Shown piece after piece: positions 1 to 13,889 of a stretch of 64,000 nt of DNA. The stretch spans positions 1,626,722-1,690,721 of the forward strand of contig NW_002060946.1 of assembly GCF_000150275.1 (NCBI RefSeq), given 5' to 3'. A model generated the notes under the pieces. It made no database searches. It was not told the DNA's origin and saw nothing but the letters and a program-made list of their open reading frames with translations. Source of the DNA: Trichoplax adhaerens. Its lineage: Eukaryota > Animalia > Placozoa. Position 1 is the first letter of the stretch. Each line of letters starts with the position of its first letter. The position numbers and the translations under genes were made by a program.

Positions 1-555
1 TCTTTAAAGTACAGTAAACAGCTTATCGTATTCGGAAATGACATGTTTATATGAAACTTAGATGCCTAAAGCAAAAAAAACTGCATGATATCAACTTTTT
101 ATGAACAAGTCTTTGCTACAGCGTCATATAGAAGTGATCCATACTTGAACCTACCGTTAACGCGATAGCAGGAAGTTCCATTTTACTATGCATGAAATAC
201 ACAAAGGCTGTCGTCTTAGTTTCATGTAAAGGCAAACATATATAAATTTTTTAGCATATTGATAATGGTACTGTAACGGTTTAATATCTTGAAATTTTAA
301 TCGTATAACATGATTGCATAAAGCCAGTAATACGCACATAAATAAACTGCGTAAAAAGTCTTAATTATAAATATCTAGATAATAACAGTAAGATTGTTGT
401 TGTCATTTCCAATACGCACTATAATAACCATATCATTTATATTATAGAAAATTTTGAGTCATAAATTATTAAATATCAGTATGATACAAGATGCATCAAA
501 AATTCAAGAAAGATTTAATAAATATAACATAAATCGTGTCAATAAAACTTGATGT

Positions 556-3500
556 CTACTCTTCTATCGGCGATGATTTCATCGTGGCATTATTATCACT
601 GTCTTTTACTATTTCTTTTGCCTTCACAGGTTTTTGTGTATCCAGCCTGTCACTAATAATAAATTAATTAGATAAATATCGAAGATTTGAAATATTTAAT
701 AAAACATGCTCTTAATTACATAATAACGGTATACCCAAGCGTTACCAAATGCTGACTACAACAGATGGTATGCACTGATCTTTTTACTAGTTTTAAGGTC
801 AGCTGATAATGAAGACCATGTCAAGATATTGTAGACAAAATAATTTCACAAATTTTTTACCTCTTATCGCTCATTAGGCCATCTTTATCGAGACTGTTGC
901 TATATCTGATTGCAGTACTTGTAATGCTGGATAATTTCGGTGAATGGTGTTCACTACATAGATGGTAATTAAATCATAAATTTTAAAATTTATTATATTG
1001 ATTTATACGCCTATAGGAATATGAAAACATTTAATGTAGGGAAAAATTACTAATGGTAGAAGCCTTTTGACTTATTTTTAAGGCTACTACTATGAGATCA
1101 TGTTCCATTCATGACGAATAAATGGATTCATTCATACTTACATTTTCCTTTTACGATTATCGCTACCGTTAAAAGTCCATACGGCTCCGTTTAAAGTCTC
1201 CACGCGCACAAAGCATTGCTGTATCGATAAATTATGTCTAACAGCGTTCTATTATCAATAAATATATCAATTATCTTATCAAATTCATATAATGGCGCGA
1301 TCAAGTAAACACTAAAGCTTTATGCCGTTAAAATGTATCAGTATGTATTGCGACTCAAAATTAAACGTCTTTCATATTTTTATTTTATTCATTATGCCCA
1401 TTTACTATAAACGTAATCAACCTTCCAAGTAGCGGCATCTTCTTTATTTCTGAAGTATTTAAAGTGAGCAACAAACCAATTATAAATTTCACTTAGTGAT
1501 AACTGCTGATGCGGCGATTCTATAATTGCCTTAAAGAATAACACCACAATCATTAGCGTTAGCATGCATAACAAAATGAAAGCGCAATTAAAAATATCTA
1601 ACTGGTATCAGGTAGTATCTACTGTATGTTATACTCATCGAAATGTCTTACTTGACGAATCATTGATGCATACGTAAATGGAGGGCGTTGATCATGAAGC
1701 TGATAATAATTTCGAGCTTTTTCTAATTCTACAATTTATAAGACAAAATATTTGTTCACAATATCGTTCGCAAATGAAATACCGTAAGGTTAAAATGTAG
1801 TCCATGCAAAATATAACGTCTTACACAAAGAAATACCTGACGTAATATCGCGAACTTCTAACTGATTTTTCCCGTGTCTTTTTCGACGAGGTATGATTGG
1901 TTCCTGTGATTTAGAAACTGGAGAATGTAAAGCTCCAAATGCAACATTCGATGGCGTGTAGTAAGGATATGAGTATCCAAATTGTGGCATTTGTTGTATT
2001 GGCTGAAGCTTTTGTCCTTGCATTTCCTCCATCTTAAAATAAAAATTCATAATGTAATGCATATACAATTCTTCTATAGCAGGTAACAGTAAATGTTCGT
2101 TGTTAGGGAGATATCATTGCTATAGAAACCTGAGCAGTGGTAAGCTGTGAAAGTGTTGGTAAGACTTGTGCATTATTAATATTTTGATGCATGGCATAGT
2201 CGAGTGAATGAATTGGTGAGTACTACAATAACGGTTTATAATTAATTATTAATATGTTAAAATAATATAACGTATTTATATGACCGTAAAATGTGTATTA
2301 GATCAGGGTTAACCAATAGTTTTACTAATTGAAAAAGTAGGTATATTTAAAGTGTAAAACACCTAAAAAGTTTTACCGGGGATACTTGTAAATGTTTAGT
2401 CATTGCTATCATTCGTTGTCTCTCTTTCAGTAGCTAAAATAATTGGTTTAAGATAACATTTATTTACAAGTTGATTGAAAAAAATTTTGTATTTTAAAGT
2501 TATGTAATTTTACGATAAATAAGTTAGTAGGACCTGGGATTCTAATATGGAAACAACTTGAATTTGAACTCTAGTTTGAGCAGTGCTTCTATCATCTAAT
2601 TTATGATCCGTATTCAAATGCCTTATAAATAGACAAGACATAATAAAAATTCGATATTATGTTGTAAATTTCGGCAATAGTTTGTAAAATTTTAATAATG
2701 GTCATGCTATCCTTTTAAGAATACAGACAGTATACTTACCGTAAAAATTCATCAAACGTTTTTATCTTTGTTTCACAGCCTGGCCATTGACAAATTTCGT
2801 TATGGTATAAATCATGACCTTTATTATTTATGAAAATATCGAACATCAGACAGCAATTAACTGATGAAATGATAATGTAAAGGATTTCACCCCAAAAAAG
2901 AAAAAAAACTTAGATTTGTTCTAATGTCTTTTATTTTTGAAAAGTCAAGATATAGCATATCATGACAACAAGTCGTTCGACAAGATGTGTGTAAAAAATA
3001 CATACAGGGAGAGGAAGACGATGCAGATGATGGTACTGTTGAATTCCTGCTCCATTAAAAAATAAAAAATTAAAAACATTAAACATTCTAAAAGATTTTA
3101 CTGTACACATCAAATTGTAGTCTAAATTAATAACAAATTTACAGTACTAACAAATGATCAAATCTTTCCAGTGTCTTATCATGCAAAATAAACAATTATT
3201 AATGATATACGAGCATTTATGAAGATGTAGCTAAATAGACTACAAGGATACCTCTATCAATCTATCTAAATGTATATCGTTGTGTGTGTGTGTGTTATAA
3301 CTGTTTGGTACAATTTTGACATTATCTAATAAAAATATTTTTTTCTCCACCTACCTATTATCGTAAGTAATAGTAGTAGAAGAATGCGATGGATCTAATA
3401 TCGATCCCTGAAGTAAGGGATTATTTCGCATATCGGAATTCACAATACTTCCGCTTACGCCATGTTGATTAATTTTACCATAGTTCATTGATGTAGAATT

Positions 3501-4230
3501 ACCTGTGAGCATTCACAATAATAACATTTGAAAGAATTAATTTTCACATCAACTATTCTTGATAAATGAATAATATTTGAGCGATATTATCAACGTAAAG
3601 TTTTGCAATTCTAGGTGATACCGACTTAGATGTCCTTATATTTTTTCTTTAATAACATGTTCAAAGCGATATAAGAGTACAGCGTGATAGACTTATCTGA
3701 AATGACTACTTACCCATCCAATTTGGTAAAATAGTAGTACTCTTTACAGATGAATCATGACCATGATCATCAGATATGCCATCTTTAATATCCTTCACTT
3801 CTAAAGTTAATCGTTTACGATCCTTAACTTTATCACTACTTTTAACTTCTTTAGTTTGATACTGTCCTGGTTGTTCTTTAACTCCTGAGGTTTCATTAAT
3901 ATTGAAATTATCTTTATCATTTTTTTTATTTTCGCATAAATCATAAGTATGCTGAGAATGAGGTGTTAACTTGGCTTGATTAATTCCATAGCCATGGCTG
4001 TTTTTTATCCCCTCTTCATCCATGCTACCACCATCACTACCACTACTGATATGATTGTTATCGGTATCGCTTCCTTCAGCAAATCGAATTCGTGTAGGAT
4101 GTGAATTTTTTCGTTGTTTACTTGTTGTATGACAAATATCTGTAAAAGGCGCCGATCGCTTTAACGATTCTTTAGTAGTGGTATCCCATGGTTTAGTATT
4201 GCGAAACATATCATATCGTTTGGTTGCCAT
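556..4230 (-). CDS. FoxP: Forkhead box P transcription factor, 13 coding exons (approx. 3714-4230, 3355-3502, 3006-3046, 2740-2818, 2534-2621, 2377-2433, 2130-2222, 1837-2032, 1651-1727, 1422-1529, 1142-1248, 861-953, 556-646)
   Basis: GT-AG exons join in phase into one ORF. It contains the FoxP C2H2 finger (CQWPGCE..FLRHLNTDH), the leucine zipper ([36 protein letters not shown]) and the forkhead domain ([12 protein letters not shown]|[24 protein letters not shown]|[22 protein letters not shown]). Stop TAG at 556-558. The start codon is less certain than the rest. Confidence 0.95.
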
Positions 4231-6065
4231 AAGACCGTAATTTTTTTACTTTTTTTAGTAACTAAATCTTGTAAAGAAAGAGTAATAAATAAATCATTAA
4301 TTGCAATTAGTATTATACCATATATTCCAACGATTAAGATATTAAAAATACAGGCATTAAAGTAATTAAATCTTTATATCTGTATGTAATAAAATCTTTT
4401 TACCCAAAATTTTTAATGTTTTTTGTTTTGTTAACATACTAATTTTCAAGTGGTAATATAAAAAATTGCATTACTAGATGAGCAGAATAGTTATAAGTGT
4501 AGATAGGTGTTCCAAGTGAAAATAGATATGAATAAATAGCCATAGTACTGTTATTTTATTTTACAGTTAGAAATTTTTTGTATTGTATTGATAGATAGGT
4601 GGCTACAAATATGAGTGTAAGTGCATGATCCAAAGTGAAATAGACAAGGATCAATACTCATAATACCATTCTCGCTGTTTTGTATTTAATTTCTATTTGT
4701 ATTATTCTTGTTATCTCTTAAAAGTGATTTCACCAATCAATGCGATGACATTTTTTCCCCATTGCACAATACCAATCTCTACACTAGTAACAAAAAGCAC
4801 CAGATAAAGCGTAGAATGACAACGATATCATAATAAGTAAGACACTTTAGAATGTCTTCTGTTCACTTATTATATCACACATCCAATCAAGTCTGTAGCT
4901 ATGCATGTACACACATAGCCTATTATTCCCTACCATGTTCACTACTATAAATGATTTTATTATCCTATTTTCAATACGAAGGAAAGCTATCTAACCGATT
5001 TTTTAATATTATTTCCCAATAATGTTCTTGTCATCTCCCCCTCCTATTATTGTAATTGAATTGTCTTTTTGACATACATTAAAAATTCAGTCAATACAGA
5101 AATAGCCATACATATCAATCCGTTGTAAATATAATGATAGCAGAATGTCGTATTGTTTGCGTAAAATTCAAAGTCCACATCAGGCATAACTTTCGAATGC
5201 CATCGGCTATAATACTTTGCACATGCATAGATAGACGTACAACATAGACAGACGTACAGCGTAAAACAATTATACACACAATATACTTTACTAATGTATA
5301 GTTATACGTATAAAGTACCAACATTCCCACAACTATACATGCACATATGCAATCCATATGTATGTGCATTATACATTGTAGGATTGTAAGGACAGTTTGA
5401 ATTTTGTATTATAATTGATAAAAAAGTATAAAATTCTTGGATCAATCTTTTCGTTAATCCTGAAATCTCTGAGTAGGTACAAATTTGAAGATTAATTTAG
5501 GGCTTATAAACTAAAAGCTATCATCGTCTTCCTATTTACATTAGCAAAAAAAAAGAGGAATTTTTGATAAAGTCAATTTTACGCAATTGTCTTTCAACCA
5601 GTAGCAAAATCTTGTCAATGCTATCGATCGATGCCTATTTTATAACGATGAATAGTTGTTTCAACATTTATTTTTTTGCATCCAAATTCTTTTTGGATAT
5701 TAAAATTATAACAGTATTCAACATTACCTTATTGAATATGTATACATAAATCTTATTCTTTAAGATGAATTGTCTTCATTTACCTCTTTCCAATAGTCTA
5801 AACCGCTATTTCTATTTCGTCAAGTATTTGTGGTTTCTATATCTATAAGTACGATATATCTTTATTCTACATTGACCATTTAGCAATGTATGATATAAGA
5901 CTCTCTTTTTGAAGTCTTTATACATGTTAAGTAATGTTGAGGAATGTATGGGTAGAATTTTCTAAAGTAAAGAATCTTGAAATGAAGTACAATAAAATAA
6001 ATAGAATGAAAACTATTGTGTATCATGTCAAGAGTAATATCACGCAATCTGTTACGAAAGGAAAC

Positions 6066-6115
6066 NNNNNNNNNNNNNNNNNNNNNNNNNNNNNNNNNNN
6101 NNNNNNNNNNNNNNN
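6066..6115. other. Assembly gap (50 N), followed by a duplicated poly-C/poly-A segment
   Basis: N run; the ttcccccccccc-aaaaaaa-gagatctgc segment occurs twice within 6140-6290. Confidence 0.95.
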
Positions 6116-8419
6116 GGGATTTCTCCCCCAAAAGTGGATTTTTCCCCCCCCCCCCCCCAAAAAAAAAAAGAGATCTGCGTATAAACGTACAGTATAATAT
6201 GTACAATCTCAAGTGATTTCTCCTACATAAGTTGATATTTTCCCCCCCCCCCCCCCCAAAAAAAATAAGAGATCTGCATATAAACGTATAATATGTCTAT
6301 ATAAAGAATTTTAATATGGACTCTAACTTTCTATCATACTGTAGATTTCAAAATTACTGTAATCTATACTGTTGTACTAATAACATATCTCTATAGACGT
6401 CTATATCAGTATATGGCCTATAAGATACATCATTTACAGCTTCCACTGTCTATTTTACATATCGAAATATTCCAAATTCTTTTCAATACTGTGAATACTA
6501 ATACAGTATATGCAATTTGAACTAGACGTATTTTAATGCTATCCTATCAAGAATTCAAATCTAAGTAGATCTTCTAATGGAAGGTATACCTAGACGCCTA
6601 TTGCACATACTCTATTTCTATATTCCATCAGGGTATGGTTAAGTAAATGATAATCGAATGCAATGTCGACACCTATACGTCTTCCTATAATAACTTGACT
6701 TTTTGAATTGCTGAAGAGATTGTGCAGCAATTTATATTCAATAACCATGCTATAATATCGATTCTATACATTTCTCGAAAAAATCTTTCGACGTTATCAA
6801 TTCCTCAAGCGTGTGTTATACACGATTGATTATTCAATCGTAAGCTATTTAACTAAAATAAGAGTTGTTGAATATAAAAAAGGGGAAAAGAAAAAAAAAA
6901 TCACTGCAATGCATTCTTAGTTTAATTCTACCATTGGATGTCAGTTTAACATAAAATCAATGATTTAGGGTCGTTCTTTGATCGAATTTATTGACAAATG
7001 TCAATTTGATATCGTCTATTGATGTCAGGTAGACCTTTCATAAAAAAATCTGCAATCATTTAACACTAATATACAAGTGATTAGATTACGACAAGACCTA
7101 TCTGAGTGTCAATACATTCAAGAGGACAGCTAGATTGGCAAGCCATCAGGAAAAACAAAGTAAAAATGATGAATGCTATAGAAGAGTAAATCAAAAAAGA
7201 GAATAATCTATCTGAATAGATACCATGATGAGGACAATATAATGTTTAACTCAATTGAATTTTGACTACTACGCGTATAGTTGAATTGATCTATTCTATC
7301 GGCAGTTGCTTAGTGTGCAAGGAACAATATCAAAATTTTAAATACAATTCTGCGATAATAACATTATTTCAATGATATTCTTGATATTTAAGTCAGTATA
7401 CACACCAACCAGCTCATAATGATATGATAATATATATATTATCTATCTCGATACAAGTGCTTGTACTTGGAATAAGATACGCATCATCAATTCCAAGAAG
7501 GAAAATGAATCCATACTTTCCCTTCCGCCTTTTTCTCTCTCTCTACAAGTAGTGTAGTTTTACAATTAATGATATCCAATACAGCCAAAATAGAACATAT
7601 ATCTCCAATTATGAAACGTCATAAGTAATCAAAAAACTTTCTACTGTCTATATTGTATATGTATATATATAGCGAAAAATGCGACAAATTATCTTCACCA
7701 CAAATAATCATAATAATCACTTGTAAATTCAAGCGAATTTGCTACGTGATGTATTTCAATTCTTGAAGTCTGTTACTGTTAAGTTCCATTTATTCTTATA
7801 CATGGAATACATTGATTCTTATTTCAAGAATAGATCGTTGAAAGGTAAAAGGAAGATGATCATGATAATGAAAGTAGATTAATTTGCTAAAGTAATTTAT
7901 TTTTTTATTGTGTCATTCAAATCGATAGATAGGTCTGATTTCCAACTTTTTCAAATAGTCGATCATCCAATCTTGCTTAGGTATTTCATACTACTACTAT
8001 ATTGCATAGGAGGTTGAAGAGAGAGAAAGAAAAAAAAAAATTGGAGAACTTGTCTATACACATGTAGAAGGAGGATAAATAAAATATTAGTCGTAATGAT
8101 TGATCGCATTGACAAGGTAGGGGACAACATAAGCTGGCAATCAATTTTCGATAGGATTGATAGAGGAGGAGCATTATTGTTGTTGTTTAAAAGTATGAGC
8201 AAATTTCGATTCAAATGAGACATACGATATGTAGAGGATATGTAGAGGATATGTATTCATGTAGTATATTAAGATTGTATACAATAAGAAATAACTATTT
8301 TTCTTTTTTGGACTTTAAGATAGCCAAGGTGAAGGAAATGAATAGACAACATTCCATAGGAGATTGATTGAAGCTTAGTCAAAAGTTGAAAAATGGATTA
8401 TATCCTTTAGTTGACTTAC

Positions 8420-8512
8420 CGTCATTGAGAAATAGGTTATTGAATAACTTGATTCTCGTTCTACTCTCTTTCGCTCGCTTAGATACTACCATAGCGCCGT
8501 TGAATTTATAAT
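8420..8512 (-). promoter_or_regulatory. Candidate TATA box and non-coding first exon of FoxP
   Basis: Minus-strand TATAAAT near 8510-8504 is followed about 85 nt later by a consensus donor ACG|GTAAGT near 8419. An acceptor (ctttacaag|) lies about 37 nt upstream of the FoxP ATG, which suggests an upstream UTR exon. Confidence 0.35.
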
Positions 8513-9889
8513 AGCAAGAGTTCACACTCTTCATATTGAAAGTGGCTAACTTGGATCAGCCGAAATCAAGAAGAAAAAAGTAGAAATGCAGTGGATAATA
8601 TTGAATAAAATCAAATTTCTTTTTCTTGTCAAGACATAAAAACAAAAATTTTAACACAATGATAATGCCTTAATTCTGTAGTGTAAAAGAATAATAATTA
8701 ATTATTGGCGTGCTGTCATATTGGGAATTGATGAATAGAGTGAAAATTAATCATGTACTACATGTACAACACTGTCATGATAGTTGTTCGTTATTGTTGT
8801 AAACTCATGTTCACTGTATGTAGAGTAGAATAGATCTTTTCCACACCCCTAGTCAAAAACATGGCGTAGTCGCAGAAAGGATAATAAATTACAATAATTG
8901 GTATTTATCGAAGTCAAGTACATGATCTTAGTCGGTTAAAAACAATCGTTAATTTTATTTTTTTTTTTCTCTCTCTCTCTCTCTTTCCTCCTCAATATAA
9001 TTATAATAGTTAGGAGAAAGAGGGAGGGAGGGAGAGAAAAACACAAATCAGGCAATGTTTCTGTTCCTTTGATATGGCCAACTCTTAATTTTCTACAATT
9101 GACAGCAATTAAATCAACTTGATGTCATAGTGTAGAAGATCTATACCCGCTTCAATTTTACTTTTTTTTTTTTCTTTAGCAATGTTCATAGGATCGACTT
9201 TCATATTAACTTATCCAAGTAATAATAAATGCAACTGTAAAGAGAAGAACTAACATTTCATTCATGGAAAGTAAAGGATAAAAATACAAAAGGTAGAGAT
9301 CGCCAATTCTTGACATTGACCAAAGGCCATCATGGCTAAACAATGTCATCCATTTTACTACGACCAAAAGCACAATGTTAGGAGTATTCTGAATCGGTCA
9401 AATTTGACTCCATTCTATCAATACTTTTAACCTCAATATTTCTCAAGGATCCAATCAACTTACAATTTGACATAAGACTTCAATCAACTGGACAGTATCA
9501 CTGGAGTAATGGACGACATCGCTTCTGACTAATATGGACCAGTAGGAAATCAAGCATATCAATCAATCAATCCATCCTTCATCATCTAATGGATTGATAC
9601 CAAATCAGCCAAAGGGCATTTTTCATTCTACTATTTCATCGCTGCTATTATACCTAGGAATATCTCTTGCTAACAACAACATGGATCTTTTCCTTCATCC
9701 CTCATGATCCATCAGGCATGAAGAGAGTATTTTCCTATCATTTACTTTGCCTTTCTGTACAAAGTGACAATGTCGTCATACAGCCAACAACGAGTGCATC
9801 TGCAAGAGCAGCTAAAAACGAATTATCCTATTTTGCTTCTTTTTAAATCTGTCATACAATTACTTCTCGCTGTTTAGAGCGATATTATT

Positions 9890-10815
9890 GTACGGAATAG
9901 AAAGTCAATGTCATATTTAAGCAATCAATTTTAGAGTAGCAAAGAGCAGACCAGCACGCACTCGATATTTCCAAAAGTACTGTTTGGAAAAATGAGGATT
10001 ATAGCAACACTGTTGTAACGCAAAGCAGGAGTGCCTGCATAGTCCATGTCTTCATTTTTCCAAGAAAACGATATCAGCTAATCCTTGTATTTACTACTGC
10101 ATAAGTTATTATTATTTTTGCTGTTCATGCCGATATCGTGGTAAGGAATAGAAAGTCAATGTCATATTAAGCAATGGGTTTTAGAATAGCAAAGAGCAAA
10201 CTTGTACACACAGGAGATTTTTCAAAAGTAGTGGTTAGAAAAGGAAGATTACAGTAAGCATTGGTCAATACCGTCATGGAGCAAAAGTAGACGTATAGTC
10301 CATGTCTTCATTTTCCAAGAAAATGACATCAGCTAATGCTTGCATTGACTACCACGTAAATTATTATTTTTGCTTCTTTTCTGATCGGCTAATCAAATTA
10401 GTTAATATACTGTACTGTAAAAGTGGCTAGAAGCGAAGGTAGAAAGCAGACTTTAATTAATTAAAGAGGATGAACATGCGGTCTATTATTTTCATTGACG
10501 AAGCACGAGTATCCTTGTCGTCCATCAATAGCAAGATTATTTAGCATTTTATTGAGGATAAGGACAACTTGCAAGGTTTATCAAGTTGGTTACGATATTG
10601 TAAAAGTAGCTAGAAGTGGACGTGGAAAGCAGACTTGAAAGAGGATGATCAAGCGGTCCATCATCTTCATTGATGAAGCATGAGCATCCTTGTCGTCCAT
10701 CAATAGCAAGATTATTTAGCATTTTATTGAGGATAAGGGCGACTTGCAAGGTTAATTAAGTTGGTTAAAATACTGTAAAAGTGGTTAGAAGCTGACGTAG
10801 AAAGCATGCTTTTAA
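9890..10815. repeat. Two adjacent degenerate direct duplications (about 251 bp x2 and about 175 bp x2)
   Basis: ggaatagaaagtcaatgtcatatt occurs near 9894 and 10145; gcaagattatttagcattttattgaggataagg occurs at 10531 and 10706. Confidence 0.85.
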
Positions 10816-11724
10816 GATTAGAGAGAAAAAATGATGTGATTTCAGTTAATTGGATCATTTTCTATCAAAGCATAAGTGGAGAAAGTCAACGATAGTCCAC
10901 TTGACCGCATTCTACCTTATTCTGTATATAAAATCCCAATAATAAAAAAAAATAAAACTAATAGATCGATTAGAATAGCAGCAAGGGAAGGCGAAAGCAT
11001 GTGTAGTCACAGTCTCAATTGCATACAGAGTAGGTAGCAATGGCGTCAAGAATCGGTTTCATTGATGCGCTGATAAGTATAAACTAACCACATTGAAACT
11101 AACTAACTCTGTTACTTACGATTCAAAGTTAGGCATGTGTTGCGATCAAAAATTAGTAACAGTATCAGTTTAAAGACATGGCTTGCATGCAGCTTGTTTC
11201 GTCCACGATAAGTTAGCCAACAAATGGGAGAACAAGACTGGGAGAGGTAGGGAAAATAATAATTGACCTACTGGTAATATGATGATCGCCTGTTGTACAT
11301 GTATACCGGCAATCAGTGGAGATGGCAAGATGGCTAATCAAGGAGATTTATTCAACTTTTTCAACCATCTCGATCAAGCCATCTTTGCAGTCGATGTATA
11401 TTTATAACTGTCAATGACGTTAATAATCTCCTTTTCCGATAAATTGATCAAAAGCACACCCAGTCCTACTATACTGTCGACAATGTATACCGAGAAAAAA
11501 GCCAAGTGTAATACGTCATCGAAAATCAATAAATGCCCATCGGGGTTCTCCACTTTTTATCATCAGACTGCATCATAAACTGCAGTCAAAGTCCATTTTG
11601 GGGGCTATGTATAGTAGCGTATATCCATGAGCTATCATGGAAATAAGCAAAGAAAAAAGAAGTGAGTGAATAAGAGAGCAAATTGATCTATTTTAATCTG
11701 GTGGAATTATTGTGGCGTTATTGG

Positions 11725-12560
11725 CTAGGCTAAAACTTTTGACGCAATATCAATTTGCTTGCCGCAAGTCTCTATGCCGGCTGTAGTCCAATCGTGTGTC
11801 CTAGGACTATGTGTAGCCAGTGTAGGCTTGAAATTTAGGCTCATAGCTGAAAAAAGAGTGTGCTCTAGCCTATCGATGGGATATTCTAGTCTTGACGATC
11901 GATTGATTGCATGGGGATCCATGGTTTTTCGTCTTTTTAGCAAGCAAATGTGGTAACCTAGTCGTATTTTATTATACAAACAACAACATGGTGTTGTAAT
12001 GATTGTCGGCCGAGTAGAAGAAGAGAAAAAGGATTCCATCGTGGAAAAGTTCTCCTTTTTGCCCATTGCTTTTTCCATTTTTTATTTCAAGTGCATGTTC
12101 ATTTTACACTGGAGTATGGCAATCATTTTTAGAGAGGAAAGATAATGTAGTCTACTTTCCTCATGGATAGCCTTGTTGCATCAAGATTGGTTATACAATT
12201 GTCTGTGTTGTTGGTGCATTGATTTGTCTATGTTGAAAGGGAGCTATCAAGCACTTACCTGCAAGTCGAATAGATGGTGGTAAAGATGTGTTGTTGATTT
12301 CTTCAAGGATAAGCAGTCAATGTTGAAGCCAATTGGTTTGCAATAACGATTCCTTCTTGCGTTATAACAGGTCTCTAATGGGATGGGAATACTACAATTC
12401 CGAATGAATAAAAAGAACAATGTCAACCAATTTATTGTCGATTTTTTTGTTGACAAAAGGAAGCAAACCCCTTTGGTAAGAAAAATGCATTTTGCTGTAT
12501 TTGATCGACCTTTTTCTGACTTGTCAATTGCTGCAATACAGGAATAATTGCAATATTCAA
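11725..12560 (-). pseudogene. Decayed importin-beta-family (importin-11/Kap120-like) N-terminal relic
   Basis: Collinear peptide fragments in different frames: IIPVLQQLTSQ..GFAS (about 12548-12460); LEEINNTSLPPSIRLA followed by a gtaagt donor (12307-12259); ALEIKNG then a frameshift to KKQWAKRR (12094-12050); LPHLL, then AINRSSRLEYPID (11960-11870). Stops and frameshifts are present. The similarity was judged by eye from recalled IBN_N motifs. Confidence 0.45.
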
Positions 12561-13889
12561 AGTACACCGTGTCCAATAAAGGATATGGATGATCAATTCG
12601 CCTACAATCCACCAATTGGAAAGTCAACAAGATTGCATCTTGCTTTTAATGTCTTGGCCAAGACAAGTTGAATCAATCGATGATGATCGACTGTGATGTG
12701 ACAAAAAAGAAAGCAGTTATATCTTGTATCAAGATGGACAATGATATTTTAAAAATATCCCATGGTTATTATCTTGTTGTGTTATTCTAAACATGACTAA
12801 TATCTTTTTTTTGCCAAGCGATAAACAGAGTAAACAATTCCTGTTAGGTCAGCTGATGCCATACAAGACAGTACATTTGTTGATGACAACAGCGTTGGAA
12901 CAATGTTGGTATTTTTATTTGGAGACCATTTTTCAATGTTGTTGATAGCTGTGTTGATTGAAATAGTGGACTTATGGACAGGCGGAAGGCGGTAGTGATG
13001 CATTTGGTTTTGCCTCAACTTCTGTTGATGTAGTTTCGATAAGTCGATGAATTGAAGATGGAAATTCTAGACGCTATGCATGACTAGTTGATCATCGTCT
13101 TCATGACATGGTAACGTAGACAACAAGAGAAAATAAAGTAGTAGCTATGACGGTTACTTTGGATCGTCTATACAGTGGTCCTTTTTTGACGGCTTGGATG
13201 TATACTTGGATCTATTTCACTGTAGTCATGGATAACAGGACATTTTTCCATCAGCCGATCAAAAAAGTCCCTCCGATGTAAAATTTGTACAAGACATCGT
13301 TGAAATGATCGCACAGTCTGTAAAAACTCCATCCAATGTGGAAGGGAAAAACAACGATCTGCGCTAATTAACCGTTTGTCAGTCAGTCAATCAATCAAAT
13401 TGAAAGTAATTGAGCCAGCCATTTTGCAAGGTATTATTACTTATTTTATCTACCTATTGATTTCTCTCTTTCCTTCATCCTACGTATTCATTCCTCAATC
13501 CATGAATACTGTAGTTGTAGATTTGTATTTGATTATTCTTATTCTTCTCCTGATTATTGATTATTATTATTTTTTTTTGGGGGGGGGGGGAAGGATGTGA
13601 CGAAGAATGTCCGTCGGTCTGCACGCTTACCTGATTTTCCAATCGCACTTTTGAAGACCTTATTAATTAATTAAATCAAGAAGAGTTGCTTGCCTCAGTT
13701 CTAGCACTACTATCTTGGATTTTCAAAATGAGCTCGTCAACAGCTTTAAAGACATTATATGATGGTTTCAATGGATTGAGCAATGGAACCTTGTAAGGAC
13801 TCTTTCCCTCAAGAGTATAATTTTCGCTTTTAAATCGATCCTGTACACCATTTTCTGATACTGTCTATATACAGTACAGTACTGAAGTG

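Noticed and set aside
5880-6290. ORFs with poly-Pro, poly-Gly or poly-Lys around the first gap
   Set aside because: These are artefacts of the N run and duplicated homopolymers at a contig end.
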